The position numbers and the translations under genes are program-made. The notes under the pieces were generated by a model, which searched no databases, was not told where the DNA came from, and saw nothing but the letters and a program-made list of their open reading frames with translations. Shown here in pieces: positions 49,469-58,649 of a DNA stretch of 64,000 bases. Source of the stretch: an uncultured Planctomycetaceae bacterium (GTDB lineage Bacteria > Planctomycetota > Planctomycetia > Planctomycetales > Planctomycetaceae); assembly GCA_963976765.1 (NCBI GenBank), contig CAXBME010000017.1:1-64000 (forward strand), given 5' to 3'. The stretch's first letter is position 1. Every line of letters starts with the position of its first letter.

Positions 49469-51100
49469 TCAGACTGCCGTCAAAGCCCCGCGGGGTTTGA
49501 TCATTTCCATGACGTTGATGCCCTTCGTCATGATCTCGACGCCGGTCGGGGTCCGTCCGCTCTCGAAGATTGCCTGCCAGAAGTCATTGTTCTGCTTACC
49601 GCCGAACACTGATTTTGACAGGTCTTTGTTGACCCATAGTGGCAGGCGTTTCAGTGCACCGACGAAATTCTCGATATTCTCCCAGCAGGCATCGGGAATC
49701 GTGTATTGGAATAACTTTTTTTCGTCGATCGGCTTTCCGTTCGTGATGAAGTAACTCTGCACAATCTGTCGCATGTATCGAAGCCAGTTATGCAGAATTT
49801 CTTCTTTCGACATTCGGAACGCTCGCAGGTGCGGCTCGGGGACGGACTTCCCTCTCTGCAGGTTGTTTTCGATACGACGCGTGCCGATCGCGTGTTCAAA
49901 TCTCCCAATAAAGACCTGCTCAGCGATGATATTCATCAGCCGTACGATCTGCTCGACTTCGAGCTGTCGCGGGTTTGCCCCTTCTTCCTGTTTATGATTG
50001 AACGGTGTCGTCAGCAGATCGCCATGCACAAAGAATGAATAGAAGGTCTTCTCAACTGTGCTGTAACTCAGCGGCATTTCCGTGCCACGGCCGCCGTAGT
50101 CGATGTAGTCGCGCAGCTTGTTGTCGGCGTGGTTCGTCACACTGTTGCGGACCCAGTCGATGACGTATCGCTTCATCTCGCGACTTTCGCCTTTGAAGTG
50201 ATTCACAAGGTCACGTTCGGAGAAGCCTTCGTCGTCGTCTGCCCGTTGGGTGTCCCGGCGATATCGCTGCATCCGGTCATTCAGCAGCGAACTCCCCAGA
50301 CTGCGTTGGACGGACTTGTCGAAGGCGACCTGTCGCAGCGTTGTGCCAGCATGCGTATTTGCTGTGAGCAGAAGGTCGGTGTCAGGATCGATAAAGACGC
50401 GGACCGGCAGAGTGCGGGCACCAAGCAGAATCTGCGCTGCGGCTTTGTGCTGCCCGTCAAACACCTGAATTTTGGCCTCTTTACCCTTCGTGGTGTCGAC
50501 CCATGCCAGCGCAACGTGAAGCTGCGGCAGTTTCTTGTGGAATTCTTCCACCAACTTCTTCAGGTTCTTACCGATCGCTCGCGGATTAATGTGATCGTCG
50601 TGATGCAGGTATTCGATCGGAAGATTCAGGAAGGCCGATCGAAAGCCGGAAGACTGATCGTCGAAGACGGGAAAGGTCAGGACGTCGTTCTGTCCAATAC
50701 CCGCCAGTGACGTCTTCAATGAGTTCCCGGCGATAGTGATGGGCAGGTCGTGCTTCGCACCCCCATGTCTGGCAAGAATGTCTCCGAGGTTAGGTGAACG
50801 GTTCTCTGCTTCGATCGCCGCAGCGATGGTGTCGAAGTCCGCAAGGATGCGAGCTACACGCAAGTCGCTTGCCTGCTTTGACCGATTGCAGGACTCGTGC
50901 GTCACAGCGAAGTTTTCCGGACCGTCTTTTCCTCCCAGCTTCGTCGGTTCGACATGATCGATGTCGATGGAACTGGAATGAACGGCCAGATCAATCTGCT
51001 TGCTACAAATGAAGCAATTGCCGGATTGGGCCGTCAACAAACTGTCGACGAGGTCCTGCCGATCATCTTCGGACAGCTTGTTCAGATAGAGTGATCCCAT
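49469..51100 (-). CDS. HNH endonuclease fused to a DGQHR-like ParB-fold domain
   Basis: CFIC...DHVEP...GG...N....H..CN; VFDGQHKAAA. Confidence 0.75.
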   Translation of the reverse strand: MGSLYLNKLSEDDRQDLVDSLLTAQSGNCFICSKQIDLAVHSSSIDIDHVEPTKLGGKDGPENFAVTHESCNRSKQASDLRVARILADFDTIAAAIEAENRSPNLGDILARHGGAKHDLPITIAGNSLKTSLAGIGQNDVLTFPVFDDQSSGFRSAFLNLPIEYLHHDDHINPRAIGKNLKKLVEEFHKKLPQLHVALAWVDTTKGKEAKIQVFDGQHKAAAQILLGARTLPVRVFIDPDTDLLLTANTHAGTTLRQVAFDKSVQRSLGSSLLNDRMQRYRRDTQRADDDEGFSERDLVNHFKGESREMKRYVIDWVRNSVTNHADNKLRDYIDYGGRGTEMPLSYSTVEKTFYSFFVHGDLLTTPFNHKQEEGANPRQLEVEQIVRLMNIIAEQVFIGRFEHAIGTRRIENNLQRGKSVPEPHLRAFRMSKEEILHNWLRYMRQIVQSYFITNGKPIDEKKLFQYTIPDACWENIENFVGALKRLPLWVNKDLSKSVFGGKQNNDFWQAIFESGRTPTGVEIMTKGINVMEMIKPRGALTAV

Positions 51101-51110
51101 GATGTTGCTC

Positions 51111-52613
51111 TCAGTTGCTGGTCAGTCCGACTTCGGTCAGTAGTTCTTTCAATCTGTCTTCCGCGGCGTACGCGGCCTCAAGGCTCGTCTTCAAGTTGGC
51201 GATGGCCTCGGCGACGGTGACCGTCTCTTCTTCGATCACCGGCTCCACGTAGCGTGGGATGTTCAGGTTCCAGTCGTTCTCTTTGATCTCGTCCAGCGGC
51301 ACGAGTCGCGCCACGCCTTCGACGTCTTTGTGGGCGGAATACCACTCATAGAGATGGTCGACGTGTTCCGGCAGCAGCTCGTTCTGGGCTCGGCCCTTCT
51401 TGAACTCCCGCGAGGCGTCGATGATCAAGACCTTGTTGCGGTACGCCTTCGGTTTCTTCTGCCGGAAGATCATGACGCAGGCCGCCAGACCGGTGCCGTA
51501 AAAGAGATTCGCCCCCAGGCCAATCACAGCATCCAGAACGTCCATGCTGAGCAGCTTCTGCCGAATCTTCCCTTCGGCCCCCATGCGGAACAGGGCTCCG
51601 TGCGGAAGCACGACCGCCATCCGGCCGGACTTGGCTGTAATCGACATGATCATGTGCTGGACCCATGCGTAGTCGCCGCTCTTGGCCGGCGGCATCCCGG
51701 CGAAGTTGCGTCCGTAAGGGTCGCTGGTCCAGACGTCGTCGCCCCATTTTTCCAAAGAGAACGGCGGATTGGCGATCACGCAGTCAAAGGTCGCGAGACT
51801 GTCACCCGCATGAAAAGCCGGCTGACGGAGCGTGTCGCTGCGGTGGACCTGAAAGTCCTCCACGCCGTGCAGAAACAGGTTCATGCGGGCGATGGCTGAT
51901 GTCGTCAGGTTCTTCTCCTGGCCGTATAACTTGCCCCACAGCGTGCGAATATTGCCACCAGCCTCACGCACGTGGTGGATCGCTTCAATCAGCATGCCGC
52001 CGGTCCCGCATGCCGGGTCGTAGATCGTTTCGCCTTCCCGTGGGTCGAGGATGCGGACCATCAGGTTGACGACGCTCCGCGGGGTGTAGAACTCGCCAGC
52101 CTTCTTGTTGGTCGCGTCGGCGAACTTCTTGATCAGGTATTCGTACGACTGGCCCAGAACATCGGCACGAGCGACGCTGTTCCCCAGCGGCAGCTTCGAA
52201 AAGTGTTCGATCAGGTCGCATAGCAGCGCGTCGGACAGCCGGTCTTTGTTGGTCCACTGGGCGTCTCCAAAGATGCCGTACAGCGTGTCGGGATTCGCCT
52301 TCTCAATCTCCCGCATTGCCCGCTGCAGGGCCTTCCCGACGTTGGACGTCTTGCTTCGGACGTCGTCCCAGTGACAGCCGTCAGGAATCTGGAACCGGTG
52401 ATTCTCTGGAAACAAAGCGTACTGCTGGTCGCCATCAGACTCTTCGAGTGCCTCGGCTAGTTCTTCGTCGTACACGTCCGAGATACGTTTGAAGAACAGC
52501 AGCGGAAAGATGTACGTCTTGAAGTCAGCCGCATCGACCGGCCCGCGCAGAATGTTCGCAGACTCCCACAAGTGGTTCGACAGCTGATTCAGTTCACGCT
52601 CGTTGTCACTCAT
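51111..52613 (-). CDS. hsdM: type I methyltransferase subunit, NPPF type
   Basis: GEFYTP, DPACGTGG, NPPF, PHGALFR. Confidence 0.95.
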   Translation of the reverse strand: MSDNERELNQLSNHLWESANILRGPVDAADFKTYIFPLLFFKRISDVYDEELAEALEESDGDQQYALFPENHRFQIPDGCHWDDVRSKTSNVGKALQRAMREIEKANPDTLYGIFGDAQWTNKDRLSDALLCDLIEHFSKLPLGNSVARADVLGQSYEYLIKKFADATNKKAGEFYTPRSVVNLMVRILDPREGETIYDPACGTGGMLIEAIHHVREAGGNIRTLWGKLYGQEKNLTTSAIARMNLFLHGVEDFQVHRSDTLRQPAFHAGDSLATFDCVIANPPFSLEKWGDDVWTSDPYGRNFAGMPPAKSGDYAWVQHMIMSITAKSGRMAVVLPHGALFRMGAEGKIRQKLLSMDVLDAVIGLGANLFYGTGLAACVMIFRQKKPKAYRNKVLIIDASREFKKGRAQNELLPEHVDHLYEWYSAHKDVEGVARLVPLDEIKENDWNLNIPRYVEPVIEEETVTVAEAIANLKTSLEAAYAAEDRLKELLTEVGLTSN

Positions 52614-52625
52614 CCCTGTCAATTC

Positions 52626-52838
52626 CTACCGGTCTGCTGCCACCGAGGCTGGCTCTGACGCTTCAATTAACTCCAGAAACGCGTCGAGATCGGCCCTGCT
52701 GAACAGACGGTAGCCATTCACTGGATTACGACGGACCTTGATCTTTCCTGCTTCCGCCCATTTTCGCAGTGTGTTCTGCGAAACACCGAGAATATCTGCA
52801 GCTTCTGCCGTCAAAACGTAGTCGCTCAGTTTGGTCAT
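52626..52838 (-). CDS. MerR/excisionase-type HTH protein heading the R-M operon
   Basis: TAEAADILGVSQNTLRKW...NGYRLF; GGAG RBS. Confidence 0.8.
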   Translation of the reverse strand: MTKLSDYVLTAEAADILGVSQNTLRKWAEAGKIKVRRNPVNGYRLFSRADLDAFLELIEASEPASVAADR

Positions 52839-53153
52839 CAGAATTACTCCGCTGAGTGAACGCTGTTCACGATTTCGCACTCTACCAAGGTCTGCACAGG
52901 CTGGAAATGAACCGGACACTCGTGAACACAAATTTGGTACCGTGCCGTTCTTAATTCCGGCAAAAAACGGGGCATAGTTAAGAGCTGAGCCTGGTTATCT
53001 GTCACAACCTGGCCCGAAACGCAAACAGCCCCGGCGACTGTCCCTTGAGACGGTTGCCGGGGCCTTTTCTGTTGATGCCTCGCGCGTGCGGGGCGGTCTT
53101 TCTCGTTATGCGAGGACCGCCCTGCGGGGACGGTCCGCAAGGAGTTTGTCCCT

Positions 53154-53780
53154 ATGGTTGCAGTCGCTGATCCTCAGGATTCCAGAGTCGTTTCGTCACA
53201 CAGGTTTCAGTCCTTCGTCCGGATGCTGCCGGACATCGAGCGTCACGCGTCATTCTCCTTTCGCCGGTATACCGCCGAAGCTCGCGACGACGCCATCGCG
53301 GAAGTGGTCGCTAACGCATTTGTCGCCTACGCGCGGCTGGTCGAGCTGGGCAAAGCCGGAATTGCCTATCCCAACGTGCTCGCCCGGTATGGAGTCGCTC
53401 AGTTCCACGACGGCCGGCGTGTCGGGAGCAGTCTCAACGTCCGAGATGTGCTGTCCCCGCACTGTCAGCGTCGCAAGAACGTCACTGTGGACCGACTAGA
53501 CGGGCAAGACGCCGATGGTTCATGGCGTGATGCAGCCATCGAAGACCACCGCAGTACGCCGGCTGAGGTGGCGTCGTTTCGTATCGACTTCGCCAGCTGG
53601 CTCAACTCGCTGGCTCCATCAAAACGCCACGTTGCCGAACTGCTGGCGTCTGGCGAGTCCACCAGCCAGGTGGCTCGCCTCGCTTCTGTGAGTGCAGCCC
53701 GGATCAGTCAGCTCCGGCGTGAACTTCGAGATGCCTGGGAAAGCTACCTGTCCAGTGGCCCGACTGCCGCGGTCGCCTGA
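53154..53780 (+). CDS. sigma-factor-like HTH protein
   Basis: AAGGAG RBS; region-2-like DDAIAEVV and region-4-like L..GESTSQVARL...ARISQLR. Confidence 0.6.
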   Translation: MVAVADPQDSRVVSSHRFQSFVRMLPDIERHASFSFRRYTAEARDDAIAEVVANAFVAYARLVELGKAGIAYPNVLARYGVAQFHDGRRVGSSLNVRDVLSPHCQRRKNVTVDRLDGQDADGSWRDAAIEDHRSTPAEVASFRIDFASWLNSLAPSKRHVAELLASGESTSQVARLASVSAARISQLRRELRDAWESYLSSGPTAAVA

Positions 53781-53863
53781 TTCGCAACTGCTTCGTCAAG
53801 GCGCCTTGGTCCTGTGACCTCCGCGCCGACTTTCTCTTCACCTACTTACCGAGGGACTCCTTC

Positions 53864-54361
53864 ATGCCTCTGAAACTTCAAGTCGGAACATCGCAGAAGA
53901 TCGGCCAGCCGGACTATGGCAGTCTCGGCGCGTCCTGCCACGTGGAACTGGAACTCGACGCCTCACTGATCCAGCACGACCTGGAAACCTTTCATCGACA
54001 CGTGAAAAACGCGTACGTCGCGTGTCGCCAGGCGGTGCAGGATGAACTTGCCCGCGACGCTGACGTCTCGCCACCGGGCGGAAACGGACATCAGGGCGGG
54101 AATGGTCACGCGAATGGACATCGCAACGGTGGCTCCCGCAATGGTAACGGCAACGGCCGGGACGGTTCCGGATCACGCAAGGCAACATCGAGCCAGGTCC
54201 GGGCCATCCATGCGATCGCCAACCGGCAGGGAGTGCGGCTCACGGAAGAGTTGGAAGCTCGCTTCGGCGTGTCGTCCCCCGAGGACCTCTCAATCCGGCA
54301 GGCCAGCGAGTGTATCGACGAACTCAAGGCGGAGCCGGCAACGACGGGAGGTCGCCGATGA
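53864..54361 (+). CDS. hypothetical protein with G/N-rich linker and C-terminal helical domain
   Basis: ATSSQVRAI...LSIRQASECIDELK; stop overlaps the next start. Confidence 0.65.
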   Translation: MPLKLQVGTSQKIGQPDYGSLGASCHVELELDASLIQHDLETFHRHVKNAYVACRQAVQDELARDADVSPPGGNGHQGGNGHANGHRNGGSRNGNGNGRDGSGSRKATSSQVRAIHAIANRQGVRLTEELEARFGVSSPEDLSIRQASECIDELKAEPATTGGRR

Positions 54362-55182
54362 TCACGATCAACCGGGAATCCGCGAACGATGCAGCCGAGC
54401 GGCTGACCGGCCGTCGGTACCTGTCGCACTCGGCGGTGTCGACGTACCAGTCCTGCCCGTTGAAGTATTACTTCCGGTACGTGGCCGGCATTCCGGAAGA
54501 GACCGTGTCGGCTGCTCTGGTGTTTGGTGGAGCGATCCATCTGGCGGCCGAGACACACTACCGGTCGATGCTCCAAGGCGAGGCTGCTCCGTCTTCGGGC
54601 GACCTGTTCGACTGTTATCAGTCGGCATGGTCGGACTTTGACGGCCGAGAGGTGCAGTATGCTCGCAACAGCGGACGCGAGCAGCTCGACGATCTTGCCC
54701 GTAGGATGCTTGAAGCGTTCGTCTCCAGTGATGTAGCCCAGCCGGACGGCCGCATCATCGGAATCGAAGAAGAGCTGACGGGATCGCTCCTGCCCGGCGT
54801 CCCCGACCTTCTGGCCAGGATCGACCTGCTGGTCGAAACGGAGGACGCCGTCGTCCTGACCGACGTGAAGACCGCCCGGTCGCGATGGAGCAGCGATCAG
54901 GTCAAAACGTCGGCCAGTCAGCTTCTGCTCTATCAGGAACTTGTCCGGCCGCTGGCAAATGGCAAGCCGCTTCGACTGGAGTTTGCCGTCCTGACCAAGA
55001 CGAAGTCGCCCGATGTTGTCCGTTATGTCGTCCCGTCGGACTCGCACAGGATCGAACGCACGAAGCAGGTCGTGCAGCGAGTCTGGGACGGCATCCAGTC
55101 AGAGTTGTTTTACCCCGCGCCGTCACCAATGCAGTGCCCGTCCTGCCCCTACCAGGCCGAGTGCGAAGCGTGGATCGGCTGA
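54358..55182 (+). CDS. PD-(D/E)XK RecB/Cas4-like nuclease with Fe-S Cys staple
   Basis: LSHS...CPLKYYFRY, G..IH, IEEE, RIDL, TDVKT, QL..Y, CPSCPYQAEC. Confidence 0.85.
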   Translation: MITINRESANDAAERLTGRRYLSHSAVSTYQSCPLKYYFRYVAGIPEETVSAALVFGGAIHLAAETHYRSMLQGEAAPSSGDLFDCYQSAWSDFDGREVQYARNSGREQLDDLARRMLEAFVSSDVAQPDGRIIGIEEELTGSLLPGVPDLLARIDLLVETEDAVVLTDVKTARSRWSSDQVKTSASQLLLYQELVRPLANGKPLRLEFAVLTKTKSPDVVRYVVPSDSHRIERTKQVVQRVWDGIQSELFYPAPSPMQCPSCPYQAECEAWIG

Positions 55183-55202
55183 ACCTCAACCGAAGGAGAA
55201 GA

Positions 55203-55382
55203 ATGACCGCACGTCACCGCCTGAACTCAGCCTACCTTAATGGAGCCATCTGTATCGCCGGCCTCGTAGCGGCGATGGCTCAGTCCGGCACAGTCTTCAT
55301 CGTGCTCCTGGTACTACTGACGGCCAGCTCCGTAGCAGCCGGAGAAATCCGGCTGGGACCGGGGCGTAGACCCCGTCGGTAG
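55203..55382 (+). CDS. small two-TM membrane protein
   Basis: AAGGAG RBS; two hydrophobic stretches and an Arg-rich tail. Confidence 0.6.
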   Translation: MTARHRLNSAYLNGAICIAGLVAAMAQSGTVFIVLLVLLTASSVAAGEIRLGPGRRPRR

Positions 55383-56168
55383 CTCGCCGCAGGCCTGCGT
55401 CTCAGCACTCGTTGGCGTTGCTTCTGCGCGGCGTCGGCGGGTGCTGTGTTCGTGCCGTTGCGTCTACGGCCTTACTCCGGTTTTCTTTTAGCTATCAGGC
55501 CGCTCTGACCACGGCAGTTTCGGCGCCTGGACTGTGTCTCCGCCGCCGCCAGGTCTATGCCTTTCTCGGCATTCTCGCCCGTTGCGGCACTATCGTGTTT
55601 CGAGCCCGGCGACTGCTGTGCCTCAAGCCCGCATGGCACACTATCGATGGCTGTGGCATGCCAAGCTTTACCCCGGTGTTGTCCGTTCAGCGGAGGCTGC
55701 CGCCGACCCGTCTGTAGGCACCCGCTTAGACGGGCTTACCTCGGGCTCGGACACACACACATCGATCGCTGGTAAGGGAGAGCGCTAGGGCAGGTGGCGT
55801 CTGGACAGTCGCTTCTGAAGACGGGGCCTGCCCCAAACTTGAGTTTTGGCTCTGTTTTCGCACAAACCAGGAGGGTAGGGGAGACTGCATAGACTCCAGG
55901 CTGATCGCGACTTCGAACAGCCGGCTTCAAACTGTGCAAACCGGAGCAAAGAATCCAAGATTTCGTTGGGGCCTGGGTCAGTTTCAGCTCTGATAAACGA
56001 GGTGACTACTGCATTCCGATGGTGGTGGCTGCACAGCGCGCAGAAATTTGCTAAGAACCGTCACCTCGGGACCAACGCTGTCTCGTCGGGATGCGATGAT
56101 CACTCGCACCAGAATTGGTACCCGGCATCCTTCAGCAGCAGGACCGCATCCATCGGAAGTGGATGAAT

Positions 56169-56190
56169 TGCAACCGCGGATGCAACCGCC
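56169..56190 (+). repeat. tandem arm-type repeat, right end
   Basis: TGCAACCGCG-GA-TGCAACCGCC. Confidence 0.75.
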
Positions 56191-56241
56191 GTCAGACTAC
56201 GAGTTGATTTAACAGTGCTTTTCTCGGTGTTTTTCGAATTC

Positions 56242-56264
56242 GGTTCGAGTCCCTCATCGCCCAT
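56242..56264 (+). repeat. attR core (displaced tRNA-Val 3' end)
   Basis: GGTTCGAGTCCCTCATCGCCCAT. Confidence 0.92.
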
Positions 56265-56268
56265 TTTC

Positions 56269-56302
56269 AAGTCCTTTCCCAGCAACGGGATAGGACTTTT
56301 TT
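56269..56302 (+). terminator. intrinsic terminator after attR
   Basis: AAGTCCT.TCCC...GGGA.AGGACTT stem plus T-run. Confidence 0.65.
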
Positions 56303-56559
56303 GTTGCGCTGATCTTTGGGTAGCTCACAAGGGTGGGTGGAATTTTGGGTAGAAATGGCGCAACTCGCACGGATAGTGCCTGCTGGAGATTTAACTAAGT
56401 CGCTCATACTTCTACCCGAGATTGGCGCAACCACCTTGGCACCCATTCGAAGATCAGAATCGGCTCCGCTTTCCTGCCCCAGCCGACCCGTTTCCGATCC
56501 TTCCCCGGCTTCGAACTCAACAGCAGCGGAACGACTGCGTTAGTTGAAGTCCGAGTTCA

Positions 56560-56985
56560 GTCCGAACGAACTCGATGACTGGTTCTACGATTCTCAATGC
56601 CGTAAGTCGGATTGTCGGCGATGTTCAGAGCCAAACGGCCACCACTGGGCTTCAGACAGCGAGCCGAACGCCGCAGAGCTTTAAACAGGAGGCCTTCCAG
56701 CCACACTGAGAGAGTCGGGTATCACTCCGAAGACTGTGTTGCCTCGCCCGAATACTACTCCAGATTGAAGTACGGCGGCGACGTGAAGATCAGGTCCACC
56801 TGACGGTGCCATGACATGAATTCCACATCCTTGGCAGGCTCCCAGACGATGTTCCAACCTTTGTCATGCTCGTGATTGTCGGAGAGCCACGAGAACATCG
56901 CCTCGAACGAAGGCCGCAGTGCCGAGTTCGGACCAATGCCGATGTAATGCCCACAGGCGCTCCCAAGGAAGCGGCCCCCGCAGTC
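56560..56985 (-). pseudogene. amino (SPPY-type) DNA methyltransferase fragment with two in-frame stops
   Basis: GGRFLG, DLIFTSPPYFNLE*YSGEATQSSE*YP...W...LKPSGGRLALNIAD. Confidence 0.8.
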
Positions 56986-57315
56986 CGCACCGCTCAAGCC
57001 GAGTACGACCAGCATCGGCCAGACGTGATTGTCGGAAGCTCAAGAGGTGGAGCAGTCGCCCTCAACATCGATTCGAAAGACACGCCGCTCGTCCTGCTGT
57101 GCCCGGCTTGGCGAAACTGGGGCACCGCCACGACCGTCAAGCTCAACACCATCATCCTGCATTCACGCCAAGACGACGTGATTCCCTTTAGCGATTCCGA
57201 GGAACTCGTGGCCCAGAGCGACCTGCCGCCAGACACGCTGATCGAAGTTGGCAACGATCATCGGATGCTCAAGGAAGTTCTGGAGAGCGGCAAACCTGAA
57301 GAGAGCCAAGCGTGA
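56980..57315 (+). pseudogene. 5'-truncated alpha/beta hydrolase
   Basis: PDVIVGSSRGG, LCPAW, ILHSRQDDVIP, DHR; N-terminus missing. Confidence 0.7.
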
Positions 57316-57404
57316 ACAGGCCCCAGCGGGCCGTCTATAGGTGATCTAATCAGGAAGGCATTGTGCCTTCCGAAAACTTCAGCGCCACGAATGCGATTCG
57401 TCAG

Positions 57405-58460
57405 CTACCAGCAGACCTTGAACGCATTCACCACCACATCAGGCGATAATCCACTGGCTTCAGCCTCACCATCATCGTTCACGAATCGGCACACGACCGG
57501 AAACTGTTCCTGAAGCTCCTTCCCGAACGGCAGGCTCGTCCCGCCAAGTGCCCATTGGCCATCAGCCGAGTCACGCTCCTGCAAAGACTGAACGGCGGCG
57601 ATCAACGCCACATCCGAAATCACATAGCTGCTCATGCTATCGCGATAATCAATACCAAGTGGCGTCCACGGGCCTTCTGTGTCAGCCCACAGATAGCCGG
57701 GGAAATGCAGGTCGTGGAACCAACCGGAAGGACGTTCGGTTGAAACAAGGCAGACTCGTTCTGCATCCCATCGAGCACGGACCTGCGGCCACTGAATTGC
57801 TTTCTCTGAAACCACTTCGTTGAAGCCGGGGATGTACGCCGCCTGCTGATCGCTTTCGACAAGTGACGCCGGAATGATGTACTGAGTGAACCGTTTGCTG
57901 ACCTCTCGGCGAACGATTTGGCCAGACTCGACGGATTGAACACCCCGGGACAACGGAGTCAGCGAGGCTTCAATATCAGCCGTTTCAGGATCAGTTCCTT
58001 CAATCAGATCGGGAATGCGGCGAAAGGCTTCTTCGTAGACATTCCGAGGAGTGTCGTCTTTCCGCATCAGGCGTGTGATGCCTTGAAACAATCGCTGTGC
58101 GGGAAGTTCTCCCCAGCCCCAGAAATCACCGATCTCAGCGGCTTCAATGATCGTCTTCCGTTGACGCTGAGCCTCCTCGCTGTAAACAAGCACGTAGACC
58201 GACAGAATCCCATCGACATCAACGTGATTGTTGACCGCCACCGTCCAGTCGCCGGGAATTGGGTTGTCGAGAAAGCGAAAGCAGATTTCGGTCGAAGTTC
58301 CGGCCCGATACTCGGCAGGCGTTCGATTGGGCCGCCAGTGACTCAATTCCAGATCGTTGTCGGGATCGAATATCTTTCCACCAGTGCCGTCGCAGAAGAT
58401 GATTCGATCTGCGTGAGGACGGGCGGTCTTGTCAGTCAGAATTTCAAAGCGGTTAATCAT
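57405..58460 (-). CDS. DUF6687/DHH-like protein
   Basis: IFCDG, LSHW, NHVDVDG, EIGDF. Confidence 0.6.
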   Translation of the reverse strand: MINRFEILTDKTARPHADRIIFCDGTGGKIFDPDNDLELSHWRPNRTPAEYRAGTSTEICFRFLDNPIPGDWTVAVNNHVDVDGILSVYVLVYSEEAQRQRKTIIEAAEIGDFWGWGELPAQRLFQGITRLMRKDDTPRNVYEEAFRRIPDLIEGTDPETADIEASLTPLSRGVQSVESGQIVRREVSKRFTQYIIPASLVESDQQAAYIPGFNEVVSEKAIQWPQVRARWDAERVCLVSTERPSGWFHDLHFPGYLWADTEGPWTPLGIDYRDSMSSYVISDVALIAAVQSLQERDSADGQWALGGTSLPFGKELQEQFPVVCRFVNDDGEAEASGLSPDVVVNAFKVCW

Positions 58461-58649
58461 TGATCCGATCTTATTGTTTGGTAGCGTCAATCCAGCATTG
58501 ATCGTTTGGAACTCGTCATGATCGGCGAATCGCTCTGTCACCACTGAGGTCTTGAGTTTTCCGCAGGTCGCATTCGTGACCAGTTGGGGCTCCAGCAGGA
58601 TGCCGTTTGGAACTTCGTTGAGCTTGTCAGGAAAGAATAACATTAAGCC

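Larger units (their letters stand above)
32190..56264. mobile_element. ~24 kb integrative element in tRNA-Val
   Basis: tRNA 3' end duplicated at 56242-56264; integrase and excisionase next to attL; arm-type repeats at both ends. Confidence 0.92.

Noticed and set aside
54078..54170. GGNAAY-like repeats
   Set aside because: Low-complexity G/N/H protein linker, not a DNA-level element.
32190..56264. Prophage or ICE
   Set aside because: No terminase, capsid, tail, lysis, relaxase or T4SS genes recognised between the att sites.
56100..56285. 61-aa ORF as an independent gene
   Set aside because: It spans attR and is better explained as the alternative integrase tail formed on excision.
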